Origin: Chrysomallon squamiferum
Taxonomy: Eukaryota; Animalia; Mollusca
Direction: 5' to 3'
Assembly (NCBI GenBank): GCA_012295275.1
Contig: CM022671.1
Span: 7,626,001 to 7,690,000 of the forward strand
Length of the DNA: 64,000 nucleotides
The notes under the pieces are model-generated. The model was not told the origin of the DNA, ran no database searches, and worked only from the letters and a program-made list of their open reading frames with translations. Positions 63,673 through 64,000 of the stretch are shown in pieces. A program made the position numbers and the translations under genes. The first letter of the stretch is position 1. Each line of letters starts with the position of its first letter.

Positions 63673-64000
63673 GTATGTACTTTCTTTGTGTGTATTTTTC
63701 TGTTTTTGTCACAAAAATATTTATTGTTCAGTGTCTTAAAAAAAAAAAAAAAAAAATAGAAGAATGAGGTTTCTTAAATATGTAGTTACACTGTAATGAA
63801 AATAAATGTTAGAAATTAGTATTTCAGCCTAATTTTCTCCCAAGCTGTTAAATTATCCTTTGTAATGTGTAACCCTCCATTTACCAAAATTCGTCATCTA
63901 TACAAAGTTTTTGTTCAGTTTATTTGTCCAGCAATATAAAAGTGTTCAAATAAATTAAATAACTGTTACAAGTGAGTTGGTTATTATTTACAGTACAAGG

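Overview
AT-rich, microsatellite-laden animal genomic DNA (exon style suggests a lophotrochozoan such as a mollusc; this is inference only). Two spliced genes sit head-to-head with their start codons about 215 bp apart. On the minus strand, a compact MKS1 gene (ciliary transition-zone B9/C2 protein) has 16 coding exons from 8930 down to 185 and continues past the left edge. On the plus strand, an NCoR/SMRT-family nuclear receptor corepressor has 14 core exons from 9146 to about 63672 and continues past the right edge; it encodes the GPS2/TBL1-binding region and the SANT1/DAD (HDAC3-activating) domain. All exons were assembled by hand with canonical GT-AG sites and consistent phases; almost none are recoverable from the ORF track. 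Points of interest: a bidirectional promoter bracketed by a perfect 12-bp inverted YY1-like motif, a 24-nt NCoR microexon, two candidate alternative first exons (one encoding a myristoylation-like N-terminus), a NAGNAG acceptor, decayed intronic copies of exon boundaries, two long hairpins, MITEs and a cluster of nuclear-receptor half-sites. No prokaryotic-type system, CRISPR array or RNA gene was found. Comparisons with human proteins are from memory and need alignment to confirm.
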